DNA of 64,000 bases from Hamiltosporidium tvaerminnensis FI-OER-3-3 (taxonomy: Eukaryota > Fungi > Microsporidia). The stretch spans positions 620,001 to 684,000 of the forward strand of contig CM061251.1 of the NCBI GenBank assembly GCA_022605425.2. Reading direction: 5' to 3'. This document shows positions 11,611-23,088 of this stretch, one piece after another (within the stretch, counting starts at the first letter, position 1; each line of letters opens with the position of its first letter). Under the pieces are notes generated by a model, which saw only the letters and a list, made by a program, of their open reading frames with translations, did no database searches and was not told where the DNA came from. A program made the position numbers and the translations under genes.

Positions 11611-11878
11611 ATTTTTATTATAAGTATTATGTTCAGTGTGATAATATCTGATTTATATTGCTACCTACTTATTCTATGCCTTTGTACCTCTCAGTTTCAA
11701 GATGAACAAATGAAAGTGCCATTCGTTTCTCTTAATCTGTTGTAACTCGGATTATAGGAGATGGCTATAGATTCAATTTGGTTTTTATCCTACTAAAATG
11801 ACAGCAATGATTTTCGCACGAATTGTACACACTCAGTACCAAGCAGACAGTTTTTAGTCTGGTTATCTCCTCTCCACC
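11611..11878 (-). mobile_element. Short variant of the ~730-nt family (shared 5' head, different or deleted body)
   Basis: The minus strand starts GGTGGAGAGGAGATAACCAGACTAAAAACTGTCTGCTTGGTACTGAGTGTGT, matching the family head, and ends AATAAAAA. The 3' boundary is approximate. Confidence 0.65.
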
Positions 11879-14537
11879 TGAGTTATATTAATTTGTGTTA
11901 ATAAAGTGTAGTGACTTAAAGTTATATTAATACAAAGATTTTACTTCAAATGAGGATTTTAAAGAGATATTTCAGAATAAGAGGTTTTAATTTACTGTGT
12001 ATTATGTTAAAGTGTGATAAGCGAAGGGAAAACGAGAAGGGGCTATTATTATAAAGTGTAGTAGGTTAAAGGGTTTAAATTGTTACATTTTTAAATTGAG
12101 AGGTGCTAATTATTTAATACTTATCTTTTAAATGTGCAACGTGTGTAATTTCAACTAAAAATATACTTTCGATAATATTTTTCACGGCGCGAAAATCTCG
12201 TTAAAAGAATTTTTCGCATTATATACGGTTTTTTTTCGTAATCATGCTATTTTACCAATAACAGAACGATCCCACATGAAATGCTCATGTCGAAAAAAAT
12301 TCCACATTCCAAACAGAGAAACAGTTTTAGAGTATCGAATGTATATTCTTATAATCTGTTATGCGGCTTATATTATGTCGTTCTAAAAAAACCAAGAAAT
12401 TTTATTTCTAAATTAGTATTATTAAACTAAAGTAGACAAAATTATTTCCAATACCTTAGAAAAACATATAGTGAACTATTTAAATTGTATTAAAAATTTG
12501 CCAAAAATAAACATTTCTTGAAAAACAATTCCTATTAAAACATAGCAATCGAATATTTTAAATACTATTAACAAGCAAATACGTAGATTATTTGCCTGGA
12601 TACTGACAAAATGTTTTCCCTATAATCTAATAGATATTTCTAAAAAAAACTATATTTATTTAAATGAAGCTTCTTTACGTCGTTTGTGAAGAGGTTGCCC
12701 ATCTGATTCGACGCAAACGTATAAAATATGGCGTTAGTTGCAATCGAAGATATATGTTTAGTAATTGCATATTGCAGATTAAAGCGATTAAAGATGTATG
12801 TGAAAATCTGTTTGGAAATATACTTATGATCCTTATTTACAATATGAACTTACATTTAAATGTTATTATTTGAACACATTTTTTGTGAGAAACTTGAGAA
12901 ATGGTTTGAGATTTATGATTGTATATGGTGGAACAATCAAAGTAATTAGAAAGAACAGCGGTATATCCTAGTTCATCAATGCGCTCTGGAGTATGTAACC
13001 TTTTCTTCTTTCAATCATTTTGGTAGTACTACAATTGCATGATAAACTTCCTTTATAGGTTACATGATCTGGAAATACGAGAAACCTTTTTATAGGCAGT
13101 CAATTAGCACATTCAACACTATTATCGCCAAAGAATCCACAAAGAGTAAAACACATACAATATATATAGACCAAAAATGCAGAAATAAGCAATTCTATTT
13201 AAAAATATAAACATATAATGTTTGTCGAAAGCACGTAACCCAGTAAAAACCCTGCAAGCCCCATAGCCTGTAATGAGATATTTGAGTTAAAAATCTCTAA
13301 TTTTGTCTAAAGCATAAATTTTATCATCTTAAATCTTAGAATGATTTCCGATCCATGTTTTAGAGTTTAGGTAAAGTCCAGTACATTTCCACCAAAGAAA
13401 TCGCCTTCCTACTCACCAGACTTTTATTAAAATGAAATTTATTATTTTGAAAATTAAAGAGGTATATTTACAATTTTTTTTATCGTGTTCATCATTTACT
13501 CTTTTGTAACCTTTCTCTTTAAAGCCAATCCTATTCTCTCAACTCTTTCTTTTTCGGAGAAATATATATGTTCTATAAATTTCTAGAATAAAAATATATT
13601 TTCTTGAATGTATGAGATTTAAGACATAAAAGAAAAATTAAAATTCATAGTATAACTATAATAACACACAACCAGTTATTTCAGTTTCAAGATTATCAGA
13701 TAAATTAATACATATATATTATCAGATATATTCCATATATAAAGATTTACTTTAAAAACCAGTAACCCGATTTACCTATGAATTAGATATTGGCAGATTT
13801 TTTGACAAAACATACCATTATATTGAGAATAGAAACCGTAAAAACCATAAAATGTAGCTTATTTACGCCTAAATTTCTATAAGAATATATAAACGCAAGA
13901 CGAATTAATTAAATCATTTCTACAAATATAAATGAAAAATTTACAAAAAAAATCAACGGCTCTTTACACATAAAAAAGTAACCAACAACACAATTACATC
14001 AAACAAAAACCATATAAATTTTACACTTAAATATGAAATATCTAAAACAGATAAGTACATTGATACTGTCATGAACCAGAAATAAGATTTCAATTATCAA
14101 ACATATTTCCCAAATTCATTTTATTTTTCCAAGTATTCCATACCACATTTAAAATTTTATAAAATTAAAATGCTTACATCCTCCATAAATCAATCCCACC
14201 TTCATAAAAAGGTAAAAATTTCAATAAAAAAATAATTTTAAAACTCCCATTTAATCCCCCATCTTAAATTCTCCGTTCAAAAAAATAAAATACAAATTCG
14301 TAAAACATGTTATAATATTACATAAATCTAACTAAAACACACATTATTCTTCTACTTCACATATAAAAACCAAAATAATTACACATACAAAATAAATTCA
14401 AACCCTCCTCTATATTAAGAATCTAAATTCCTTTACTTTCTCCATCCTTAAATTTCTCTTCTTTATAAACCTCCATCCCAACCAACCCACAAACTATTAT
14501 TAACGATCTATAAGATATTATCAATATTATTATTATA

Positions 14538-15940
14538 TAGGGCTTTTCGATCACTATCATAATTGTTGCAATCCCTATCATAATTGTTGCAATTAATATA
14601 ATAATTCTTGCAATTAATATAATAATTATTTTCAAAAAATAAAAAGTTAAAAAAATTATTCCTATTAAATAACTTCATGTCGAATTTTTTTTCAGGTAAA
14701 AATACAAACGAGTAACACTATCATTTTCATATCTGTGCACACCAGAGTGTATAGAGTGTGAAAATTTTTCGATGTATCTTGAGGAAACATCGGGATGACA
14801 CGATGAAAATCTTCCAAACACACTCTTTCCAATTCTCTGGAAAAAAAAGTTTTCAAACAATGATCGGGAACGCATAATTGCAAAGACGTTGTTAAAGCCG
14901 TTTTGTATCTCTAATTGCCTCGATGTATCGTCTAAATCCCCAGAAGGTTATTGATATCGTCAAACGATGTTTAAAAATCGACCTGGTATTTTTCGAGAAA
15001 AACGGTGGTGATGGCGGTCAAAGTTTACTTTAGAAATCAAAGAGATTTTACAAACCTAAGTTGATTCGGAGTGTACAAAAACCCTGTATGAGTTGGCAGA
15101 ATGAGCCAAATGTACATTTAATGTTGATGTGTCAATTAGTACGATTGCTCTCGCACCAAGGGAGTTCTATTACACTCTAAACCGTGTAACATTAGTTCTT
15201 GAGCGTAGAAATACACTTTCGACATTGAGCTAAGAACCAATCACGCAACTAGTTTTCGTGAGTTATAGGTTGATAAAGATGACAAAAACTTTGTCTTATT
15301 GATGAAGTTAGATTTGCAGTAGTAACATGCCCCAGCAAAGGTCGTAATATGAAAGGTGAATCTGCATACTTATCTGTAACAGCAGCCCGAAGTAGAAATA
15401 TTTCAGTAGTCGCAGCAATGAACAAATATAGTATGATATACCATAAGATTCATGAGAGAGCCGGAAATCGTGAAGACTTCAAATTATCCATTAAGTAGAT
15501 TAATGAAAGTTGTCAACGGCAGGGAATTTCGACTCCTAACTTTGTAATAGACAATGCGAGAATTCATCACTATCTTGGATCGAATGATTATGAGTAAATT
15601 GCTTCGTATCGAATCAAACATCTTCCACCTTAGTCTACATTTCTTAATCCAAATGAAAATGTATTCTCAGTTAGAAAAATAAAGGTATTTGAGGTGGTGC
15701 TTGTACTGAGCCTCAGTTGAGAATATTAATTTGTGAAAAATTTAATGAGATCACGGGAGAATATTGTAGTTCTTTTTACCGTAAAAAGTTAGGATATTTG
15801 CATAAGGCTGAAGTAGGGCAAGTGATTCTTGAATAATAAATCTCAAGTACTTAATATTAGGTTTATTTATTAAATTTTTATTTTTTTAAAATAATTATGA
15901 TATTGATTGCAGGATTATTAGATTGATAGAAAAACCACTA
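14538..15940 (+). mobile_element. Tc1/IS630-type transposon, copy 2 (older, no nested insert)
   Basis: TATAGGGCTTTTCGATC at the left end and GATAGAAAAACCACTATA at the right; 4 and 2 TIR repeat units; interior colinear with the copy 1 transposase. Confidence 0.9.
14677..15836 (+). pseudogene. Degenerate DD34E transposase
   Basis: Nucleotide match to the reverse complement of 5942-7108 with many stops and frameshifts (GATGAAGTT, GACAATGCGAGAATTCAT, CTTAATCCAAATGAAAAT). Confidence 0.88.
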
Positions 15941-16249
15941 TAATAATCATTAACAAATTTATAATATCCTTATCCTTATAACAGACAATAACAATCTATA
16001 AAACCCTTTTATTTTACTTATAATTCTCTAATAGAACCACTTAAAACATAAAACAAGATAAAACCAATACTTTACTAATAACAACCCCATATACCAATAA
16101 CTATTTACTAGTAAAATAACAAGTACTGGTACTAACAGGTATAAAGTACTATAACCTATTACTAATATCTAAGGTTATACTCTCCAATCCCTAACACCCT
16201 CTAACTTATTAGTATATTACCAATACCCATTATACTCTCCTATCTCTAA

Positions 16250-16468
16250 ACCCTTATCCCTCTACTCACATATATATCACTCTACTCATTTATTGCTATC
16301 TTACTAATAACCCTATACTCTCTTACCCTAATACCTAATCTTCCTAACCCCTTATCACTCTACTCATTTATTGCTATCTTACTAATAAACACTATTATAC
16401 TCTCTTATCCCTAACACCTAATCTCCTTATCCCTTATAACTCTACTCACTTATTGCTATCTTACGTAG
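16250..16468 (-). repeat. ~80-bp tandem copies of the myosin 3' terminus
   Basis: CTCTACTCA(C/T)TTATTGCTATCTTAC at 16280, 16358 and 16440; the last is the real gene end. Confidence 0.75.
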
Positions 16469-19400
16469 AAACTCATTATACTCCTTCTCTTCACTAATCT
16501 CCCTTACCAACCCCTTAACACGCCCCTCTCCCTCAACAACACACATTCTCATCCTATAAATATCCTCTTCCATACAAAAAACCCTACCCTTCATATACTC
16601 TCTCTCCTCTCTCATAACTCTTAAATCTCCACACATCTTAAAATATAACATTTTATAATCACCCTCTCTACTCTTATACCCATCCTTAATACACATATCT
16701 CTCTCTATCTCACTTATATACTCTTTATTTCTTATATTCTCTCTTCTTAATACTTCAATATCATTTTTCATATTCTTTATTGTTATACTCTTACCACGTA
16801 TTATATTTCTACTTATTAATACTTCTCTTATTAATATATTTATATTTATATTTTTATATTTCTCATTCTCTTTAACTACTCTCATACAATACTCACTTAA
16901 TCTTCTATTCTTCATTTCTAATATTTTAGTATTTTCTCTTTCAATACCAAGAAGAACAAAGATATTATTAGTGTTGGTATTAGTGTTGGTATTAGTGTTA
17001 GAAGAGGGTTGATGGTTATATAATAAATTAGATATATCATTATTATCTCTTATGTTATTATTGTTATCTCTTATGTTATTATTAGATATATCAGATATAT
17101 TATTGTTAGGTATATCAGTGTTAGAAGTGCTATGAGGGTTATAATCATTGCTACTTATATTTAAAGGGTGTTGTTCATTAGACTGATTGTTAACAGGGTG
17201 ATAAGTATCTGTATTATTACTAAAGGGGTGATAAGTATCAGTATTAGTACTTAGACCCTCTAAAACACTACTCTTATCATTAACACCCCCTAACATATAA
17301 TTATCATTAACACCCCCTAACATACCCCTACTCTTATCACCTCCTTCTAACACACTCAACATACCAATACTATCCTCTACACTATCCTCCATACTCACCA
17401 TATCACTAACACCCCTCTCCATCTTGTTAATAACACTCTCTAACTCTATAATAACACCCCTCTTATCACACACCTCCTTACCTAACACCTTACATTCCCC
17501 CTCTATACTTAACACTCCTTTAACATACCTACTAATTAACACCTCTAACTCAATATAACACTTATATACATCACTAACACCCCTTAACACACTACTTAAA
17601 TTCATACTACTTATTAACACCCTTAATCTACTATTCTCCTTATTAACACCCTCTACCTTTATTTTCATAATATTTATTTCCTTCTCTAACACCCCCACTC
17701 TCTCTCTATACTCATTTAACACCCTTCTATACACTTCTTCATATCCTCTAACACACCTACCCACCCACTTCTCAACCACTCTAAGACACCTATCAACAGA
17801 ACCAAGAACGGAAGTATAAAGGGTGTTATTATATAGGTTATTATTAGTGTTATTATATAGGTTGTTATTATATAGGTTGTTATCAGTATTATTATATAGG
17901 TTAGTATTACTCTCATTATCCAATCTATTACCACTACCATACCTACTGCTTAGTACTAAACACCTCCTCTCTAAACAATCTACTTTACACTCCAATACAC
18001 TTATAACACCTCTATTACTACACTCTATATCCTTATACCTCTTATTATCTTCTTCTAATTCTATAACCTTATTCTTCATATCATTACACCTCTTATTTAA
18101 CACTTTATTTTCTTCTTTTACTTCTTCTACTTCTTCACCCTTTAAATCACATATAAAGTTATAATTATTCTTTAATTCCTTATTAACCTCAGATAGAGAA
18201 GTGACTTGGTTGGTTAGATCAGTTACTTGGTTGGATAGAGATATGTTAGTATTAGACAAGGATAGGTTGGTATTAGATAGATCTGTTACTTGGGTGGATA
18301 GAGATATGTTAGTATTAGACAAGGATAGGTTAGTATTAGATAAATCTGTTACTTGAGTGGATAGAGATATGTTAGTATTAGACAAGGATAGGTTAGTATT
18401 AGATAAATCTGTTACTTGGGTGGATAAGGATATGTTAGTATTAGACAAGGATGTATTAGTATTTTCTAATGATAGGTTAGTATTCTCTAATTCCTTATTC
18501 TTATTCTCTAATTCCTTATTCTTATTAGATAAAGTAGTGTTAGTATTAGATAGGGATATGTTAGTATTGGATAGTTCTTCTATCTTATCCTCCAATACCT
18601 TATTACTATCTTCCAATACCTTATTCTTATCCTCTAATACCTTATTCTTATCCTCATACTCTTTATTACTATTCTCCAACCCTACTATCTTATTCTCATA
18701 CTCTACTATCCTACTCTCCAACCCTACTATCTTACTCTCATACTCTACTATCCTATTCCCCATTTCTTTATCTTTTAACTCTTTAAGTGTTAAATTATGT
18801 TTTTCTTTAATTGTATTTAACTCAGAAGTCTTATCATTAAGAAGTAACTGTAAATTATTAACACTGGTAGTATAGTCTTGTATGTTAGTATTAAGGGTAT
18901 TAATCATAGTATCTCTATCCTTTATTATAGTATCTTTATCTTTTATATTATTATCTTTATCCTTTATTATTTTAATATGGTCTTCTATATTATTATTTAA
19001 GTCTTGTATTAGAATATCCTTTTCTTGTATTAGAATATCCTTTTCTTGTATTAAAGTATCCTTTTCTTGTATTAAAGTATCCTTTTCTTTTATTGTATTA
19101 GTATGGTCTTCTATCCTACTCTCTAACAACCTATTACTATTCTCATACTCTCCTATCCTACTCTCATACTCCTTTTCTCTATTCTCCAATAACACTATCC
19201 TATCCTCATACTCCTTTTCTCTACTCTCCAACAACACTATCCTACTCTCATACCCCACTATCCTATCCTCATACTCTTTTTCTCTACTCTCATACTCCTT
19301 TTCTCTACTCTCCAACAACACTATCCTACTCTCATACTCCCCCCTTAGATATAATAACTTATCTTTCCATTCTTCTACTAACTTATTACTACTTTCTAAT

Positions 19401-22400
19401 TCCTTTTCTATTTTACAAATATTACAATTTAATTTATCATTATAACTCTTATAATTATTATTTTCAATATTTAAATTATAAATAATATCTTTAAGTTTCT
19501 TACTTTCTAATTCATAATGAGTTACAACAAATAAAGGTTTTATTTTAATATAAAGTTTAAACCATTTCCATCTTTTTATATTTAAAAGTATTTTTAAATT
19601 CTTTTGTAATATTTTTATATTTTTTTCATTTTTCTTTTTTTTATTGTTTTTACGTATTATTAATACTTTTAGATATAAACTTATTATTTCTTTACTTAAA
19701 GATATTATTATATTATCACGTATATCTTCTAAATCACCTAATACTCCTTGTTTAAAGAATACTTTTGTAATACCTATTCTATAACTATTAGTAGGTATAT
19801 TAAGAGTAGAAAGGATAAGAAAAACTGAGTCTTTAAGTGTTAAGTGGTTAGTTGTATTGTTAGTGGTAGTGTTAGTAAGGGGGTGTTGTTTATTAGTAAG
19901 GGTGTGTAAGTTATTAGTAGTGTGATTAACACCCTGTTGCTTATTAGTACTGTTGTTAACACCCTGTTGTTTATTAGTACTGTTGTTAACACCCTGTTGT
20001 TTATTACTAGTATCACTATCACCCTTTATATTACTATCACCCTCTACTATACCCCTACTATTACTATCACCCTCTACTATATCCATATCACCCTCTACTA
20101 GATCCATATCACCCTCTACTTTATCACTATTAACTATCTTACTTCTCTTCCTTATTAATACACTATATCTCTTCTTAAACTCTATAAATGTCATTCTACC
20201 TGGATATCCTAACCTACTAATTCTAATACCTTCAATAACACCATTACATCTTAATTGTTGTAGAACTACAGATAAATCAAAATTATAATTTTTTTTATAA
20301 ATATTAGGAAGAATACATCTAACGAAATGTGGTGATGTATTAGTAAGTTGTGTCATTAAAGAATATATTTCTTCTTTATGTCTCTGTGAAACAGTTCGAA
20401 AGAAACCTTTTTTTGTTGATGAGATGTAACAATCAAATAAATCTTTTATAAATAAGTTTGTACTTGTTAGAAGTAATGTACTTAATGAGTCAAAGTAAGT
20501 ATCTTTGTTCTTTTCTATCCAACCATCTACAAGATATTCTACTTTACCTGCATAGTGTTTTATAAAGAAACCATTTTTAAGACGAAGGGGTCCAAAGATA
20601 TTACCGTATTGATTAAAAGAAGGGTGTTTTATAGTGTTAAGAGGGTGTTGTTCTATATGGTTGTTGTTAACAGGGTGTAAGGTATCAGACAGATTGTTAA
20701 CACCTTGTTGTTTCTTACTACTAGTGTTAACACCCTGTTGTTTCTTACTACTAGTGTTAACACCTTGTTGTTTATCAGATAGATTATTAACACCCCTATA
20801 ATTACTATCCCTATCACCCCTACTACTACTATCACCCATCCTACTACTATCACCCCCACTACACTTTATACCACTTATAACTTTCTCTAAAAATGTCTTA
20901 TCACTTCCTTTAGGAATAACACACTCTTCATCTAAATAAGACATAACACCTATAGGACTACTCTTATCAATAACATCAATAGTAGGTTGTAAATCAAGTC
21001 CAAAATCAATATAATCCCATTTAATATTTTCTTGTTTATATAACTCCTGTTCAAGAACAAACATATGATGATTAAAGAATTGTTGTAACTTTTCATTTGT
21101 ATAATTAATACAAAGCTGTTCAAAAGAATTATTTTTAAATATTTCAAATCCTGCAATGTCTAAAACACCTATAAATTTATTAGAATCTAATTTACTATTT
21201 AAAGTATAATTTAATCTATCAATTACTGTATCAAATAATCTTTCATATAAAGTTCTACTTAAAGCTTCTATTATATTTATTACTTGGTTTTTATTACGCA
21301 TATTTATTACTTTCTCTGTACCTGCCATAGAAATTGGATGTAATAAAGTAGAAAGAAATTTCTTAGTTTCTATTTTTAATAAATTACATACTTTTTCTAC
21401 TGTTTCTGTGTTATTTATATATGCTTGGTCATTGTGTTGTAATACTTCTATATTTCCTAAATGAAGAATAGCTGAAATTACAGTAAAATAATTAAGTCTT
21501 TCTTCTTCTGTAATTTTAAGAACATCAAAGCATTTATTAAGGGTTATAAAGTCATTAGAGTCATTGATATTGTTTATATGGGGTGTGTTGTTGTGTGTGT
21601 TGTTGTGTGTGTTGTTATCTCTTGTATTACTACTGTTATCCCTTCTATTACTACTGTTATCCCTTCTACTATCCCTCTTACTCTCACTACTTCTACTATC
21701 ACTATCCCTCTTACTCTCACTACTTCTACTATCTCTCTTACTCTCACTACTACTATTATCCCTTCTACTATCCCTCTTACTCTCACTACTATCCCTCTCA
21801 CTACTCCCTCTTGTGTATGTGTAGTTAGTGTGGTCTCCTTCAAGTAACAATTTATCTTTTAATGATTGATCTGCACCACACAATAATTGATAAAAAATAT
21901 GATAATTTCTTTCATTGGGATTTTGATGTGTAACACGGCTTTTTTCAAGTAAATATTTTTCTATATAAGCACCTGTTATAGTAGAATTGGAAAAAAGAAT
22001 TTTTATAAATTTTCCAAAACGAGAAGAGTTGTTATTTTTTATTGTTTGTGCATTTCCAAAGGATTCTAGAATTGGATGTGCCATGAATATTTGGTGTTCT
22101 ATTGTATGTTGAAAGGAAGATTGTAAGTAATTAATATTATCTCTTGTATCTCTAGTATCTATTGTATTTATTGTATTATCTATTGTATCATTAGTATCTA
22201 TTGTATCTCTTGTATTATTAATATCTCTTATATCTACTCCTTCAATCCCTTCTGATTGCCCCTTCTCTATTACTGGTGCTATGGTGGTTAAAAATTGTAT
22301 TACTTTTTTAGTATTTTCTGTTTTACCTGCACCTGATTCTCCAGTAATAAGAATAGATTGATTTTCTCTATTATACAACATATTACGTAAAGCTTGACTA

Positions 22401-22801
22401 GCAGTAGCATATATATGTGGTGGTAAATCTTGTGGTTTATTAATATGATATTCTCTGATAGTATCAGAAGAATAAATTTTAAGTTTTTTATATGGATTTA
22501 TCGCTACTAAAAATAACCCTGAATACGTATATATAATATCATTATAATAACGAGTGGCTAAATTGTGTAATACTGATGGTTCATTGAGATATGAAAGTGA
22601 TGCTAAATCATCTATGTTGTCAAATTTTGGTGGGTTCATTTTATAGGTTAGTTCTTTGTTTATGGTAAGTATTTTGTTTTCTTGTGTTTCTACTGTTAGT
22701 GTGGTGGTATCTTCTGATATTATGTAGGCTGTGGTAAATGTTTTTGTTGGATGTGCAATCCAAATCCATTTTTTTTGTGGAGAAGGTTTTGTTTTGTTCA
22801 T
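16442..22801 (-). CDS. MYO1: Type II myosin heavy chain with large low-complexity insertions (2119 aa; symbol in budding-yeast nomenclature)
   Basis: N-terminal SH3-like region, MNPPKFD, P-loop GESGAGKT, NNNSSRFGK, DIAGFE, QLRCNGV, class II WKWFKLYIKIKPL and a long coiled-coil tail; CCCCC before the ATG. Confidence 0.93.
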   Translation of the reverse strand: MNKTKPSPQKKWIWIAHPTKTFTTAYIISEDTTTLTVETQENKILTINKELTYKMNPPKFDNIDDLASLSYLNEPSVLHNLATRYYNDIIYTYSGLFLVAINPYKKLKIYSSDTIREYHINKPQDLPPHIYATASQALRNMLYNRENQSILITGESGAGKTENTKKVIQFLTTIAPVIEKGQSEGIEGVDIRDINNTRDTIDTNDTIDNTINTIDTRDTRDNINYLQSSFQHTIEHQIFMAHPILESFGNAQTIKNNNSSRFGKFIKILFSNSTITGAYIEKYLLEKSRVTHQNPNERNYHIFYQLLCGADQSLKDKLLLEGDHTNYTYTRGSSERDSSESKRDSRRDNSSSESKRDSRSSESKRDSDSRSSESKRDSRRDNSSNRRDNSSNTRDNNTHNNTHNNTPHINNINDSNDFITLNKCFDVLKITEEERLNYFTVISAILHLGNIEVLQHNDQAYINNTETVEKVCNLLKIETKKFLSTLLHPISMAGTEKVINMRNKNQVINIIEALSRTLYERLFDTVIDRLNYTLNSKLDSNKFIGVLDIAGFEIFKNNSFEQLCINYTNEKLQQFFNHHMFVLEQELYKQENIKWDYIDFGLDLQPTIDVIDKSSPIGVMSYLDEECVIPKGSDKTFLEKVISGIKCSGGDSSRMGDSSSRGDRDSNYRGVNNLSDKQQGVNTSSKKQQGVNTSSKKQQGVNNLSDTLHPVNNNHIEQHPLNTIKHPSFNQYGNIFGPLRLKNGFFIKHYAGKVEYLVDGWIEKNKDTYFDSLSTLLLTSTNLFIKDLFDCYISSTKKGFFRTVSQRHKEEIYSLMTQLTNTSPHFVRCILPNIYKKNYNFDLSVVLQQLRCNGVIEGIRISRLGYPGRMTFIEFKKRYSVLIRKRSKIVNSDKVEGDMDLVEGDMDIVEGDSNSRGIVEGDSNIKGDSDTSNKQQGVNNSTNKQQGVNNSTNKQQGVNHTTNNLHTLTNKQHPLTNTTTNNTTNHLTLKDSVFLILSTLNIPTNSYRIGITKVFFKQGVLGDLEDIRDNIIISLSKEIISLYLKVLIIRKNNKKKKNEKNIKILQKNLKILLNIKRWKWFKLYIKIKPLFVVTHYELESKKLKDIIYNLNIENNNYKSYNDKLNCNICKIEKELESSNKLVEEWKDKLLYLRGEYESRIVLLESREKEYESREKEYEDRIVGYESRIVLLESREKEYEDRIVLLENREKEYESRIGEYENSNRLLESRIEDHTNTIKEKDTLIQEKDTLIQEKDILIQEKDILIQDLNNNIEDHIKIIKDKDNNIKDKDTIIKDRDTMINTLNTNIQDYTTSVNNLQLLLNDKTSELNTIKEKHNLTLKELKDKEMGNRIVEYESKIVGLESRIVEYENKIVGLENSNKEYEDKNKVLEDKNKVLEDSNKVLEDKIEELSNTNISLSNTNTTLSNKNKELENKNKELENTNLSLENTNTSLSNTNISLSTQVTDLSNTNLSLSNTNISLSTQVTDLSNTNLSLSNTNISLSTQVTDLSNTNLSLSNTNISLSNQVTDLTNQVTSLSEVNKELKNNYNFICDLKGEEVEEVKEENKVLNKRCNDMKNKVIELEEDNKRYKDIECSNRGVISVLECKVDCLERRCLVLSSRYGSGNRLDNESNTNLYNNTDNNLYNNNLYNNTNNNLYNNTLYTSVLGSVDRCLRVVEKWVGRCVRGYEEVYRRVLNEYRERVGVLEKEINIMKIKVEGVNKENSRLRVLISSMNLSSVLRGVSDVYKCYIELEVLISRYVKGVLSIEGECKVLGKEVCDKRGVIIELESVINKMERGVSDMVSMEDSVEDSIGMLSVLEGGDKSRGMLGGVNDNYMLGGVNDKSSVLEGLSTNTDTYHPFSNNTDTYHPVNNQSNEQHPLNISSNDYNPHSTSNTDIPNNNISDISNNNIRDNNNNIRDNNDISNLLYNHQPSSNTNTNTNTNTNNIFVLLGIERENTKILEMKNRRLSEYCMRVVKENEKYKNININILIREVLISRNIIRGKSITIKNMKNDIEVLRRENIRNKEYISEIERDMCIKDGYKSREGDYKMLYFKMCGDLRVMREEREYMKGRVFCMEEDIYRMRMCVVEGEGRVKGLVREISEEKEYNEFLRKIAISE

Positions 22802-22844
22802 TTTTGTGGGGGATAAAATAAAAATTTATATTTAAAGATAAAAA

Positions 22845-23088
22845 GGATATATTAGTAGTAGGAGATAGGGATATATTAGTGGTAGGAGATAGGGATATAT
22901 TAGTGGTAGGAGATAGGGATATATTAGTGTAGGAGATATGGATATATTAGTGGTAGGAGATAGGGATATATTAGTGTAGGAGATAGGGATATATTGGTAG
23001 TAGGGGATAGGGATATATTAGTAGTAGGAGATATGGATATATTAGTAGTAGGAGATAGGGATATATTAGTAGTAGGAGATAGGGATAT
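22845..23088. repeat. 23-24-bp minisatellite (GGATATATTAGTAGTAGGAGATAG, ~10 copies) immediately upstream of myosin
   Basis: Direct inspection. Confidence 0.9.

Noticed and set aside
12900-13417. GC-richer block starting GGTGAG on the minus strand, possibly another SINE
   Set aside because: No TSD and no second copy seen in the window.
17716-21847. Many overlapping or antisense ORFs within myosin (likewise within the RT, SMC1 and DPB2 genes)
   Set aside because: These are shadow frames of low-complexity or coding DNA with no independent motifs.
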